Shown here piece by piece: positions 21,995 to 34,533 of a stretch of 64,000 nt of DNA; positions within the stretch are counted from its first letter, which is position 1; every line of letters starts with the position of its first letter. The position numbers and the translations under genes were made by a program. The stretch lies in the NCBI GenBank assembly GCA_963575745.1, contig CAUYUJ010000170.1:186001-250000 (forward strand), in the 5' to 3' direction. The DNA is from Prorocentrum cordatum. Taxonomy: Eukaryota. The notes beneath the pieces were generated by a model that saw only the letters and a program-made list of their open reading frames with translations, searched no databases and was not told the origin of the DNA.

Positions 21995-24900
21995 TCATAT
22001 CTGGCCCCCGCCGCAAGCGCAGCACATGTCCTGTGCAGAAAAATCTTCGGAGTCGTAATAGAATGCGTAGGAGCAATATTCTGCTTGCTTGTCCCAATCT
22101 TTACACGAATTAGAAGCAAGATCAAATGCGCCCTCTTCGGCGGTGTCGACGCACGGATCTTCTTCTAGTACCATCCCCGAGCAAGCGCAACACATATCGA
22201 CGGCCGTAAAATCATCGTCGTCCCATTCATAGCAACTTATTTCCAACACGTCTTCAGAATACCCATTGTACCACTGACAAGGTTGATTGTTACTGTTGAG
22301 ATTGCTGACACAGTCGCAGGTGCAGTTGTGGTCGATCATCGGCACGTCAAGTGGCGATCCTTCTTCTACGCCTCCGTACAAAATGCTGCCGTAAAGGCTG
22401 ACCGACAGCTGAGAGGTGTCCAAGCCGTCAACGAGAACAATCGCATCCTTCACGCTCGAGCTGAAACTTGCCCCGCTTACGACTGGAACGACACGTCGCT
22501 CTAGAAAAAATAATTGCTGGGGGGAGAACTCTCGGAACAATATTCTCGTGCATGCCATGACTGAGCCCTGGTGGAGCTCCATCTGCACATCGTCGATTGT
22601 GCTGCTCGGGCTGTAATCCAGGATTGTCTGAAGGACCAGATCCTTCAAGTGTCTGGTCACGTCGGACTGTTGAGCAATCGAAAGGTCATCCAGGTCCATG
22701 CCGTCGATTAGGATGGTAAACTCAATCGCAGCTGTCTCGCTACCTCCAGAGCAAGCGCAGCACATCTCACTAGCTGTGAAATCGTCGTCGTCGGCACTAC
22801 AATTTACAGTCTGTCCAGCGTCTAAATAGGATTGCAATTCTCTGCAACCGCGGCCATTCGCATCTACAGAGCCCAGAGAATACGCATTATGGCAAGGGTT
22901 GTAGAAGGATCCACCCCCACATGCACAACACTGCACTGTGGCAACGAATGTTTCGTCGTCGTTGTCGTGGCACAAATCAAAATTGGTTCCATTCGGACAC
23001 TTCTTCGTGGCATTGACAGGAACGGTGTCCTCACAGCTGACAGTTCCATTGCTAGCAGTCGTCGAAAGCGTCTCCCCAACATAGTCTGCCCCGTCCTCGC
23101 TGTACCATGGGTGAACATGTCGGCAAGTACCGTCGCAATCTGTAAACACGCACTTGGCGGGGCACTCGGTGAGCGAGCTGGCTTCCGTGCACTGGCATGC
23201 GCTGGGACAGAAAGACTTGATGGACGTGCCCTCGACTGGATTGCACAAGTCTAAATTGAGGAGAGAAGCGATCTCATACGAAGCGAGAAACTCGCAGCCG
23301 GTCAGACCGCGGGGGTGCGGAACGCCTGGCGCGATCTCCCAATTGCTCGTGGTCGCCAGCATCCTGAAGAACCAACCAAGCGTGATGGAGTCCAAGATTA
23401 CCTCTGCTTGTCGTTCCGAAGGAGAGATGCCGACGTAGTCTTCTTTGACGACGTTCCTCACGCCGTCTTCGAACCCTGGTCTGGAGTACAAGTATTGGAA
23501 GAGGCCTTGCACGTAACGAAACCATGCGAGATTCTCTCGCGGCATGTCCGTGCAGTCGTTAGTCCACTCGTCCCAGCACTCTGCAGAGCTCTTCACATTG
23601 TATTTGCCACCTCCGCAAATGCAGCACATCTCAGACGCGGTGAAGTCACCGTCGTCTCGCTCTGCGAAGACACCGTACTCCCAGACGCCGGCCGCCGTTG
23701 CGCAGATCTGGTCGTTGCGGCCGATGTTTGCGGTCATAATTCTTTCGTACTCCGCGCAGTCAAAGAAGTATCTGTCGAAAACTTCAACGCCATGGTCGTC
23801 GCGGTTGGAGCTGGAACAGTTGCCTGGGAAGGTGAACTGGGCGACGTCGAAATCAGTGCACTGCGTGAACCGAGGCCAGTTCGGCTGCGCCATGTCGAAC
23901 CGGAACCTGATCTCATTCTCTGCCGCCCGAAACGTCGAGCACTGCGTGGGGCACCCGAAGCCCGGGGTCCCGAAGAAGCCGACCCGGCCGGAGCCGGTGG
24001 TCAGGAAGGTGGCGTCGCACTCGCAGGTCTTGGGGCAGAGCGCCCTCAGCTGGTACATGTGCTGGTCCGAGCACATCTTCAGCGGCACCTCCGAGCAGTT
24101 GGTGAGGTCACTGATGCCCGTCACCAGGCGCAGCTCCATGGTCGCCGCGGCCACATTGAGGTTCTCGGCCAGGTCCTCGCACGGCAGCGACGCGGCCGCG
24201 TCCGCGACGCTCCACGACGACATCTGGATGATCCGCTTGAAGCTGTCGTCGTTGGCCACGGCCGCCGCGAGGGACGGCGCCCTCGGCTCGAATACGGCCC
24301 TCGAGGAATCCACGCTGGAATGGGCGAACATCTCCTCTGTGATGTCGGTCTCCTCCCAGTGGTAATTCTGCGGGTCGAGGAGGGGAGGCTGCGCCACCCC
24401 AGCCACGGTGTACTCGGACTGGGTCCACTCCGTCCGGGACGGCGTCTTGGCAACGTGGACCAGGCCTGTGGCCGGGTTCACGGTGTAGATGAAGTCTGTC
24501 TGGCCCTGGCACATGATCATCTCAGCCTGTCGCAGCTGCCAGAACACGAGGGGGTCCATCCACAGATACAGGAGGACGAGCACGAGAAAGGCCCCGCCAA
24601 TTTTCAGCATGGAGTTGATCACCGAAAGCTGGGTCCCTCCCCTGGCGTTCCGTGTCATCAGCGGCAGTGGCTCCAGATTGTTGACCAGGATCTTGACCCT
24701 CCGCGGCACGAAGATATCAAAGATGCACTCGTCGAAATCGAGCACAAAGGCCAGCGCCACACCGTTCAGGATCAGTTCGGTCAGGCTGATGGTGTGTGCC
24801 AGCCACTTGGCGCCCACCCACCAAAGGACCCCAGCGAGTATAATTTTCGGGCAGCACACGAGAAGGCAAACCGCGTAGAAGCGGCCGTACCAGATCCTTG

Positions 24901-27029
24901 TCCAGCGGACCACCTTCATGATCGATATCAGGTTGGAGTGCGCCAGCTCGTCCTCGCCGTGGTCCTGCTCGATCAATGACCGCAGAAAGGTCCCCGACTT
25001 CTGGTAGAGCTGCGACGTCCTGCTAGACTCGGTCATCTTCGCGCACGCGTCTTCGGTCGTCGTCTTGCTCTTCGTCTTCACCACCCCGTTCTCCTTGTCG
25101 TCGTCGCTGTCGGAGTCCTGCAGGTCCGCAAGGAACAGCCGCGAGCTCCTCCTGCTCCTCAGGATGCCCTTCAGGCCCCGAAAGATGGTGACGGTGTTGT
25201 TGATGTCCCTCAGGACGGTGGACGCCCACAGGAACTGGATGAGCATGACCAGGGTCTCGGCCAGCCAGGCCTGCTCCACGCTGAACTTCGAGATGTTCGA
25301 GTACAGGTCCTGCCAGGAGAGCCCAGAATCGAATCGATAAGTCGGATCGGCGATCGAAATGAATCGGATCGGCGGAAATCGGCAGCCGAGTCGGGAAAAG
25401 TCGAATCGGCAGACATCGGCAGGCTAAAAGGCCTCCAATAAGAAATCAGAGCCCAAGTCGGAATCTCAAGTCGAATCGAATCGGAATCGGAAGCCATCGA
25501 AATCGAATCGAATCGAATCGGAGGGATCGAAACGAGCCCTGTCCTGCTGCCCGCCAGCCAAGTGGAGCTTGGCCTCCTGCGTGCACACCTGCGACGCCAT
25601 GGACCGCTGAGACACCCTGTCCGCGTAGTCCGCGTGGTGCGCGGCGCCGAGCCGGAACTGCAGCAGGCCCTGGAGGACCTCGGGGGAAATCGCCTGGTCG
25701 TCTTCCAGCATCACCTCGACGATGTAGACGAACGCAACCTGCAGGCAGATGTTCATCAGCCAGCAGACGCTCACCAGAACGGAGCACGAGGGCCCGACGG
25801 CGGGGATGAGGACGAAAAACATCGAGTCCCAGACGGAAGAGTTCGAGCGGTACATGCCGCCCTTGTCCAGCATGCTGGCGGTGACCGCGATAAGCTTGCC
25901 CTCGCGCATCGTGTTCTCGCCCTCGTCGCTGTCCGAGCTGAGGGTCGACATCATGGTGGGCACCGGAGGAGGAGGAGGAGGAGGAGGAGGGAGGAGGGAG
26001 GAGGAGGAGGAGGAGGAGGAAGAATAGGAGAAGGAGGAGGGGGAGGAGGAGAAGGAGGACGAGGAGGAGGAGGAGGAGGAGGGCGGAGGAGGAGGAGGAG
26101 GAGGAGGAGGAGGAGGAGGAGGTGGGCACCGCGACCATGCCCAGCGCTTCGCCCGCCATGGGGCCCAGGTGCGGCGCCGCGCGCGGCGTCCCGCTGGGCG
26201 ACGCGGCACTGCTGGCGCCGTTCTCGCCCGCGCTCCTGCCGATCACGCTCGGCCCAGGCGCCTTCGACCCGCTCCTCGCGGAGGGGCTGACGGCCAGGTC
26301 GTCTGGCGCGTCGATGTCGAAGGTGTGCTCACCTTCACTGTCGCTCTGCAGTCGGTTGTTCGGCTCGTCGTCTTCCTCCGTCTCCTCGGTCCCCGGGATG
26401 CGGAATGGGTTGGTCTTCGCATCGCCGTACGCCGACGTGGCCTGGGACTCGGTGCTGTCCCTGACGCTGAAACGCATGGATGTGCCGCGGGCGAGGGGAG
26501 TCGCATCGCCGTACGCCGACGTGGTGTTCTGGGAGTCGGTGCTGTCCTTGAGGCTGAAAGGCATGGCTGTGCCGTGGGCGCTGTCCAGGGTGTTTTTCCT
26601 CCCCAGCGTCGTGGTCGAGCCCCTGCCGGAGCGATGCATCGCGGACGTCCGCGACCTGTCAAGGCTGCTCGACGTGCCGTCACGCTTGATCTTCTTGACC
26701 TTGTCCTTGAGCTTGGTCAGGTGCTCCTTCAGCTTGGTGTTGGTCTGCTCGACGATGCTCATGATGTCCGCCCGGTTGGCGACGGTCTGGTTGCGAACCC
26801 TGACGAGCTCCTCCTCCTGTGACTTTATTATCTGCTGCTGAGCTTTCAACTGGCTGTCGAATGACCGCACGACGACCTCGAGGACCTCGGCCACCTGGTT
26901 GCCAGACAATGGCAATGCGGTCTTGAGCGCGGCGATGAGGCTGGTCAGGTTCGGATCCTGGCCGGCACTCGTCTCGGAGTCTTGCATTTCTGGCCACTCT
27001 TGCCGCGCGCCCGGGCTGTCCGCCGCCAT
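21995..27029 (-). CDS. Large multi-pass membrane protein with Cys-rich extracellular region, about five DDxFxAxxMCCACGG repeats and a SEA-like domain; segments 27029-26121, 25954-25544, 25309-21995; possibly inactivated by the GGA insertion
   Basis: 1094-aa ORF with several hydrophobic segments; frame continues upstream after removing 25310-25543 (GGQQ|DLYSNISKF) and the GGA insertion (VAVPT|MMSTL); relic SL ~125 nt upstream of the ATG. Confidence 0.8.
25314..25541. mobile_element. 228-bp element (family E, CAGG..CCTG ends, gaatc-rich) forming intron 25310-25543
   Basis: 6-bp TSD tcctgc (25308-25313, 25542-25547); second copy of the same length at 38869-39096. Confidence 0.88.
25965..26120. 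repeat. (GGA)n tract inserted in the CDS, flanked by the 10-bp direct repeat ggtgggcacc
   Basis: ggtgggcacc at 25955-25964 and 26121-26130. Confidence 0.9.
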
Positions 27030-27153
27030 GGCTGGAACCAAACGCAAGGGGCTCCGCCGACACTAAAGCGGCAGAGTAACCCTCGGGTTCGGAGTATGTC
27101 CCCAAAGGAAAATTGGAATATGATTGGGAGGTCCGCAGGTCGGCTTGCACTTA

Positions 27154-27175
27154 CTTGAGCCAGAACGGCTACGGA
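27154..27175 (-). other. Relic DinoSL (20/22) upstream of the membrane-protein gene
   Basis: Reverse complement reads TCCGTAGCCGTTCTGGCTCAAG. Confidence 0.9.
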
Positions 27176-28564
27176 CCGACGTCGCCGACGAATTGGGACA
27201 TGGACCACGAACAGACTTGGCAGATCCCATGCGGCACAGATCCTCCCTTCGACGGCTTCCACGGGGACTTCACGGAGCCGCTGGACGACGTCGATGCGAG
27301 CACCCAGCGATCCCTCTGGAGGCAGGCGAGGAGGAGGAAGATGATGATGAGGAGGCGGAGGAGGAGGAGGCGGAGGAGGCGGAGGAGGAGGAGGAGGAAG
27401 GAGGGAGGAGGAGGAGGAGGAGGAGGAGGAGGAGGAGGAGGAGGAAGAGGAGGAGGAGGGAGGAGGAGGAGGAGGAGGAGGAGGAGGGAGGAGGGAGGAG
27501 GGAGGAGGAGGAGGAGCCGAAGCATGAGTCGCCCGACCAACCTGACCCTGCGGCACGCCGGCCCCCTGCGCGTGGCCCCCGCGGGAGCTCGCCGCGTGCG
27601 AGCCAGCCAGGTCGGCGGTCGAGCGACATCGACGACTGGGCCGTGGGCGTGGTCGCCGCCACGGGAGGACCGGCGGTGGACAAACCTCCCTTTAGCAAAC
27701 CTCCCCTTAGTGAAAACGGCCTGGGACCGAGACCGACGAGCCCGGACCCGCAGAAACGACGGCCGCGGCGCCCTCTCGCGAACCAAAAACGGCCAATTCC
27801 CTAATCGACGTGTCGGGGTAGGAGGTCTATCAACCTCCGAGGAGAGGACGGGTGGCCCCGCGAGCGGATGCGTGCTGCGGGGTACACGCCTGCCCTGCAC
27901 GTGCGCTCGTTGCGGACATGAAAATGGAGCGCTGTGTATCATCGAGGCTGGAGCCGAGTAAGCGTCGAGGCCGTGGCGACGTCGACGAATCTGCGCTCCT
28001 CTGCGAGCCCGCCAGAATCTACCACGGGAGCTGCCCCAACTGGACTCCGAGGGGCCCCGAGGATCCGTGAGACCCTCCTGCAGCTCGACGAAGACAGAGC
28101 CCCGACCCGACTCGAGCCCGGCGAATCTGAAGCCCCTCCCCGACACGCTGAGGGTTCCGCTGCCGCGCTTGGGGACGGGTGGAGGAGGAGGAGGAGGAGG
28201 AGGAGGAGGAGGAGGAGGAGGAGGGGCAGGAGGAGGCGCTGTGGTGCTCGAGCCCCTCCGCACCCAGGACGGCCCCTCGAGGGGCCCCGCGGCTGGCGTG
28301 GGCTCCTCGGTGCCCGGTGGCCGCCAGGCGGTCCCCCCTGCTGAAGGGGCCACGGCCCGGGCGGCCGCCCCGGAGGCCACCCCTGGACCGCTCCAGTCCG
28401 CAACGGGCCACAAGTGCTGGGCGTGTTTTCCACCACCACCACCACCATAAGTTGGAGGGGGGGGGGCTCCTCCTCCCACTCCTCCCCCTTCTCCTCCTCC
28501 CCCTCCTCCTCCTCCTCGTCGCCCTCCTCCTCCTCGCCCTCCTCCTTCCCCCCACCAGCTTACG

Positions 28565-28830
28565 GTGGTGGCGGCGGAGAACAAGCTTATCAACAAGCCG
28601 CTGTACGACGACTGGCTGAGAGGTCGGCACCTCGACTCGTTGCGCCCCGGGACGAACACCGACCTCTGGGCCAGGATCCGCCAGGCGCTCGTGGCTACAG
28701 GGCGGTTCCACGCTTCTCTGGAGCGGGTCCCGTCCCGTCACGGGGCTTCGGAGATCACTGCGCCTCGTCAAAGGATCACTGCCACAGGTACCGCATGCGC
28801 CGACGTCGTTGCGTCGCTAGCCGCGGCGCG
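28565..28830 (+). pseudogene. RNase H1-like fragment, probably from a decayed LINE
   Basis: NTDLWARI..ERVPSRH..GTACADVVA resembles N.DLW / .V.(S/A)H / GN..AD. Confidence 0.5.
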
Positions 28831-29350
28831 AACTTTCCAGGAATCCATGATCCGTGATCCCCTCGACACTGACAAGCGGAACGCGGAGGCGGCGGTGTTG
28901 ATCCGCAATAAGGGTTCGGAGAGCTCCAGTGGAGTGCATCAAAAAGCAGATTTCCGGACCGCCGAGAGACCCACTCCCGTCCTGCCTCCCCCGCTTCACA
29001 AGCTGGCAGGGCCTTGCGTGATTCCCCGCACACTTGGAGGAGAGCGGGGGCGAAATATTTCCGTGCGCGTTTCAGCTTGAGCGACAATCAAAAACGGGTC
29101 TCACGCCAGGTGACGTAGCGACCTTACGCGGCGGCTTACGCGGGCTGCCAGCGCGGTACGCTGCATTGGAGACGAGAGCTCTCACGCGCGACCTTACGCG
29201 GTCAGCTTACGCGCCAATGTCGGCGCAAACGACTCCGTTGTGTCTTGCGTCGCTCACCTGTCTGCGGATACGGATTCCATGCCCCAGGCTTGCGAAACCA
29301 GGCGCGAGCCCCATGCTGTTGGCCAGGGAGGTTCGGCCCTCCCCAGACTC

Positions 29351-29555
29351 TTGGAGGCGTGGAAATGGGCACCAACACCAAGACAAGGGGCTGCCTCCAC
29401 AGGGGGAAGATGATCCTAGATTTTCGGTGTTGGTGGTAATAGTTCGGTCACCTTGGAAGCCAGAATATTACCACCATCACCGAGATCGGGATCCTCTTCC
29501 GTCGGTGGAGGCACACCGCCGATATTGGTGTTGGTGTCAATCTCTAGGCTTGCGA
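29351..29555. mobile_element. MITE family A, copy 3 (a more diverged partial copy at ~31190-31340)
   Basis: Similar to 1546-1748 over its full length. Confidence 0.8.
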
Positions 29556-29725
29556 AGACCCCAGGTGTTGGTGGGTCGAGAGCTCCGCGTGTCCCACTCG
29601 TTGAACTTGGTCGCCTGCTCTCGGTGCGGGAAACCCGCGACGACGGGTCCCGGGCACCTCTCGGGCGCGTGCCCGGTTACCCCGAAGGGGTTCCATAACC
29701 TAGCCTATAGAAGGAGAGGCAAGTA

Positions 29726-29889
29726 TGAAGGGGCCCCACGACACACAAATAAATACACACAAATAAAATAATGCCCCATATTTTCTTATATTTTCTGGGT
29801 TTCTGTCTTCCCGCCCAATTCCCATATTTTCCCATATTTTCTGGGGGATCGACGATTAATTGTGTCTGTGTGCTTTTTTCCTTCCTGGT
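29726..29889. mobile_element. Dispersed element (cacacaaataaatacacac...aattgtgtctgtgtg); second copy ~41520-41685
   Basis: Two similar copies; this one is flanked by a 20-bp direct repeat. Confidence 0.7.
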
Positions 29890-32800
29890 TATAGAAGGAG
29901 AGGCAAGTAGGGACGCCTCGTCACATCCGAGACGCAGAGTCTCTCCGACACCTCCAAGCCTGAGCTCGAGGCCAGGCTCCGTGATGGCAATCCGTCTCGT
30001 TTCACCCATGTCTGACGTCCGCTTCACTCATCCGTAATGCTCTTGTAGTGCTCCTCCCCAGGGGAGGGAACGACATGGGCTCTCGGTGCTCCCGGACCGC
30101 CCCCTTCCCACGGGACTGGCTTTTCCTCGTGGGTCCCCTTGCCGTTGACTAGGGCCCGAGGACTAACTAAGGGCAGCTAAGTTCGCGCTTCGCGCTTCGC
30201 GAAGCGCGAGTGACTTCGCGCTCTCGCGCCGCCCCCCTGCGGGAGGAGAGAAGGACGAGGAAGATGAAGACGAGGAATCGCGAGCCGGGAACCGCGCATA
30301 GCTCCGCGCCCTCGTGGCGGCCCCTGGAAGACGGCCTCCCGAAGGCTCGAATCTCTCATGGAGACACCTCGAGCCGTGAGCTACGTTCGCGACGCCTCGA
30401 GGCATGTGGAGCCAGACGAGTTTGCCGTATCGAATATGCACATGAGCATAGCGACGAGCCGCTCACTGGGCCAGCGCCACAATTCACAGCGCCGCGGGAA
30501 GACCAAGGACCGGCATTGACACGCGATGATACGAATTGGAGATCGCCATGGCGAAAACAAATCATTGATGTCTACAGTTGCCCTGCAAAGCCGTTCACCG
30601 TCGGCGAATGCATTTGAAAGAGCAGCAACTTCAAACGCACGCCCACGTGCGCGATAATGAAAGAGTGGTCTTACGCACGGCAGCGTGGTGACCTCACGCG
30701 GCGGCTTGTGCAGGCCGCCTGCGAGACACACCGCGAGGAAACGACGGGCGCCTACCTGCGACCTCACGCGGGCAGCTTACGCAGGAATGGCGTCGCGAAC
30801 GACCCCTTGTAGTTCTGCGTTGCTCACGCGTGCCTGCGGGAAACCAAGAATGTGCACGCCCACTTTCTCAGTCACGGTGTGCCCCCGAGCTCTCCCGGCC
30901 CAAATCCTGACCAAGTCGGGCCCCCAGCTCCCAAATGAGGTCCAACCACATCTGCCTGGACCCCATCTGGCAGGCCTGAAGCCAGTCGCGGCCACGAGAA
31001 CCCACGAGAAGGCTCCACAGGCAGAAAGACAACGCTATCACTGCGCGCGGCAAGAAGTTGTCGACCTCGCCGGCGCTTGTAGGGGCGAAGGCGGACAGCG
31101 CTACAAGACTTGGGGCCGCTCTGGACAACCCGGATCTGGCCGACACCGCCGCCCTCCCCCCAAGACGCCGGCCACATCGCCTCCAAGACTGGGGTCCTGG
31201 AAACTGGCACCAACACCAAGACAGGGGGGTGCATCCACTGGGGGTGCTGGTGGTTAATCTCTTGGCTACCTCAGAAGCCCGAGTAGTGAGTAGTACCACA
31301 ACCACCGAGTTCAAGAGCATCTCCCCTCGGTGAAGGCAGAAGGCTTCTGAGACGCCCTGCCGCCTTCCGAGACCGACGACACGCTTCAGCAAGCGGATAG
31401 CGTGTCGCTCCGCTCCGCGGGGCGGGAGGCTGGAAATGCTCGCTCGGGACGGTGACGCTTGGGAATGGGAATGTAGTTAGCGAGTCGCGCCGAATCGTCG
31501 TGGGCCAGAACCGGCGGCGCGACACGCTAAGCCAAAGTTCTTGACCGCAGGGGAGGGGGTACCTCATCCTGGAGATCGAGATCGAGGAGAGGGAGGATCG
31601 AGCATCGAGGAGGTTTAAGAAGTCTGTTGGGGCGGCTTTCAGGATCCTGGGGATCTCGGGGGACCCGTTTCCTGCGATCCCCCTAGTGGTGACTCCCCTT
31701 GGCAGTGCCTGACTAGAGGGCAGACGAAGCACCCTTGTGATAAGTACCCCTGCAGCCCTTCAGTAGACGCACCTAAGATGAAAATCGACCAGGGCAGGAC
31801 TGCCCCCAGACATGCGATGCCTTAATTTTTCAATTCGTGGACCGTCGACCCCCTGAAGTCTCGACCCATTCCCCAGGACCGGAGTTTCATCCTGAGTCGT
31901 CGTTTGACGGCTCCAGAGCTTAGCGAGGGCCCCCAGAAGCCGAAAACGACAAAAAAACAGTAGACTTGTTGCCAGGATGCGAGAATGTCTTGGACCCAGG
32001 AATGCCTAGAGAAAGCTGGTCATGGGAGGTCCGGGAGGTTCCCTCCCCCCGGACTTATGTCGTTCCCATCGTACTTAAGGACCACATCCCAGAAATTTGC
32101 CGGCCCAACGGGCCAGAGGCGTGCTAAGATCTTCGATAACAGGTGGACAATATTTCTAGCTCGCTCGCGCGTGGCGGCCCCTGGGGACCCCCGGGCGAAA
32201 AGTACCGAGGCCTGTCCGACTCAGAGATAGTTCTTCCTTCTGGGCATGGCTTTCAGGCGCCCCAGAGCGCTCCTAGAGGGCCCCAAGAGTCCCCAAGACG
32301 GTCCAAGAGGGCTCCGAGTCGCCGACCGAGCGGTCCAAGACGCCCAGAATAACCTCCACACGGCCGCAGGCGCCCCCAAGACGCCCAAAGAGGCCTCGAA
32401 GAAGCGTCTCAAGAGGGCCCCAACAAGCAAAAGTCGCCCAATCCCCTTCGAGAAACGTTCATTTTTCGCATGTGCGACGTTTCTCGTCTTTTCGGCTTCC
32501 CACCGCTCCAAGACGGCCCAAGAGGCCCCCAAGACCGCCCCAAGACGGCCCAAGAAGCCTCCAAGAGGACCCCAAGATGGCCCAAGATGGCCCCAAGACA
32601 GCCCAAGGGCCCAAGAGGCGCCCAAGATGGCCCCGAAACGGGCCCAAGAGAGGCCCAAGACGAGGACCATGAACCGAAAAGTTCAGCCTTCAGCCCCAAG
32701 AGGCCCGCAGGAGGCCCCACGAGGCCCCCCAAGAGGCCCCCCAATCGGCCCCAAGGAGCCCCCAAGAGGCACCCAAAGAGGCCTCCCAAGAGGCCCCCAA

Positions 32801-33925
32801 GAGGCCCCAAGAGGCCCCAACACGGCCCCCAAGAGGCCTCAAAACTGCCTCGCAGAGGCCCCCAAGAAGCCCCAACACGGCCCCCAAGCGGCGAGGCAAT
32901 ATGGGCCGGCGGAATGAGCTAAGCGATTTAATGACCTCGAGCACCCCGAATAAGTAGCGAGACAGTGTCGAACAAGTATCGCCCCTCAGAGCCCGACACG
33001 TGAAAACCCTTCAAGTATGGTATTATACTGGTGCTCGAAATCATTTCTTGCGATCAAGACTAGGCTGAAACATCATACAGTGCGGGCGCGGCCGCAAGAA
33101 ACCCTCGCAGGAAACCCCGCCCTGAGAACCCGTGCGCGAGGTGCACCTAAGGGGAAACCCAGAGCACCCTGAACGCAGAAGCTCCCTCAACGGCTGCGGG
33201 AAGTCACCGCGCAGCGCGAGGAGCGAATCAACCCAGGATAACCCTGACGAAAAGCATATGGTTTCTTGATGGGATTTTGGACGAAACATCAAAAATCGCC
33301 GAAACAATACACCAAAATAGCCAAAACATGCTCAAACAAATCTTCCCCCGACTATTGCTTGACTAGCTTTGAACACTCCTCCTGTCGAGGGACGGGCCCG
33401 ACTTGGAAGCAGGCAGGAACATCACAGTCCTAGACCCTCCCTCCTCCCCGAGGGCGGCTGCTTCGGAACTGGGCCCCTCGCCCCCCCCCCCGAGCTCCTC
33501 TCCTGCCCCAGCCGGGACCCCCGCATCCAGCGAGAGAGCCGACGACGGTCAGCACCCGAATCGTGGGGGGGGGGGGCCCATGGGAACCCTACGTCAGGCT
33601 CCTGCCGTGCTAACCTTCGGCGTTGCTTTCGGACACCGCGGGGATCGCTCAGCCTCGAACGCTCGGCCGTGTCCGAAGCGTCCAAACCCTTCCACATCGA
33701 GCGACTGTGGGTCGCCCGCGGCGTTCGACGTCGAACGCCGCTGGCGGGGACGCAGCCCGTCGACGCGACGCGCACCTACGGTCTAGGCCCTCCCTCCTCC
33801 CCGAGGGCGGCTGCGTCGGAGCTGGGCCCCTCCCCCCCCCCCCCGAGCTCCTCTCCTGCCCCGGCCGGGGCCCCCGCATCCGGCGAGAGAGCCGACGGCA
33901 GCCCTTGGCGGCGCGCACGAGGGTA

Positions 33926-34090
33926 CGAGGGCGCCAACTATACACCAACACCGATCCTGGCCAGGACCACCCTGGGCCCAGGATCGGTGTATACGCCCTC
34001 CTGCCTGGGGCAGGAAGGCATATACACCAATCCTGGGCGCAGAATTGGCCTGGCCAAGATCGGTGTAGGTGTATAATTGGTGCCTTCCGA
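33926..34090. mobile_element. Palindromic MITE-like element
   Basis: ggcgccaactatacacc...ggtgtataattggtgcc, inverted nearly end to end. Confidence 0.65.
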
Positions 34091-34502
34091 GAGGGGGGGG
34101 GAGGGAGGGGGGGGGGCCTCTCAGGAGGAGGCTGCTGCTCAAAGGCGCCCGCCTCACGCCTGCAGAGGAGGCCCGCGCCTGCTGAGAGGCAGGGGTGCTG
34201 CTCAGAGGCCCTCCCCCCTCCCCCCGCCCCCCCCTGCGCGCGGCCGAGGTCCGCACCCGAAGCGGGGCAGCGCATCGCATCGGAGCGCGCGCCGGAGCGG
34301 GCCGCACCAGCTCTGCGTCGGAATCGGGTCGGTGTTCGCTGCTTCTCTCTCTCTCTCTCTTTTGTTTTCGACTCGCGCTCGCTCTCGGATCGGTCTCCGT
34401 GCCCGGAGGCTCCGGCGCCTCGGGATGCACCGGTCGTGGCTGACATGTATATAACCTCGGCCCCCAGCAGCAGAGGCCGCCCGAGGGAGGGAGTTGATGG
34501 AT

Positions 34503-34533
<31 letters not shown>

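Noticed and set aside
33430..33900. ~120-bp direct repeats (also 38556-38798 and ~63455-63830) as LTRs
   Set aside because: No TG..CA ends, PBS or coding interior; these look like local duplications.
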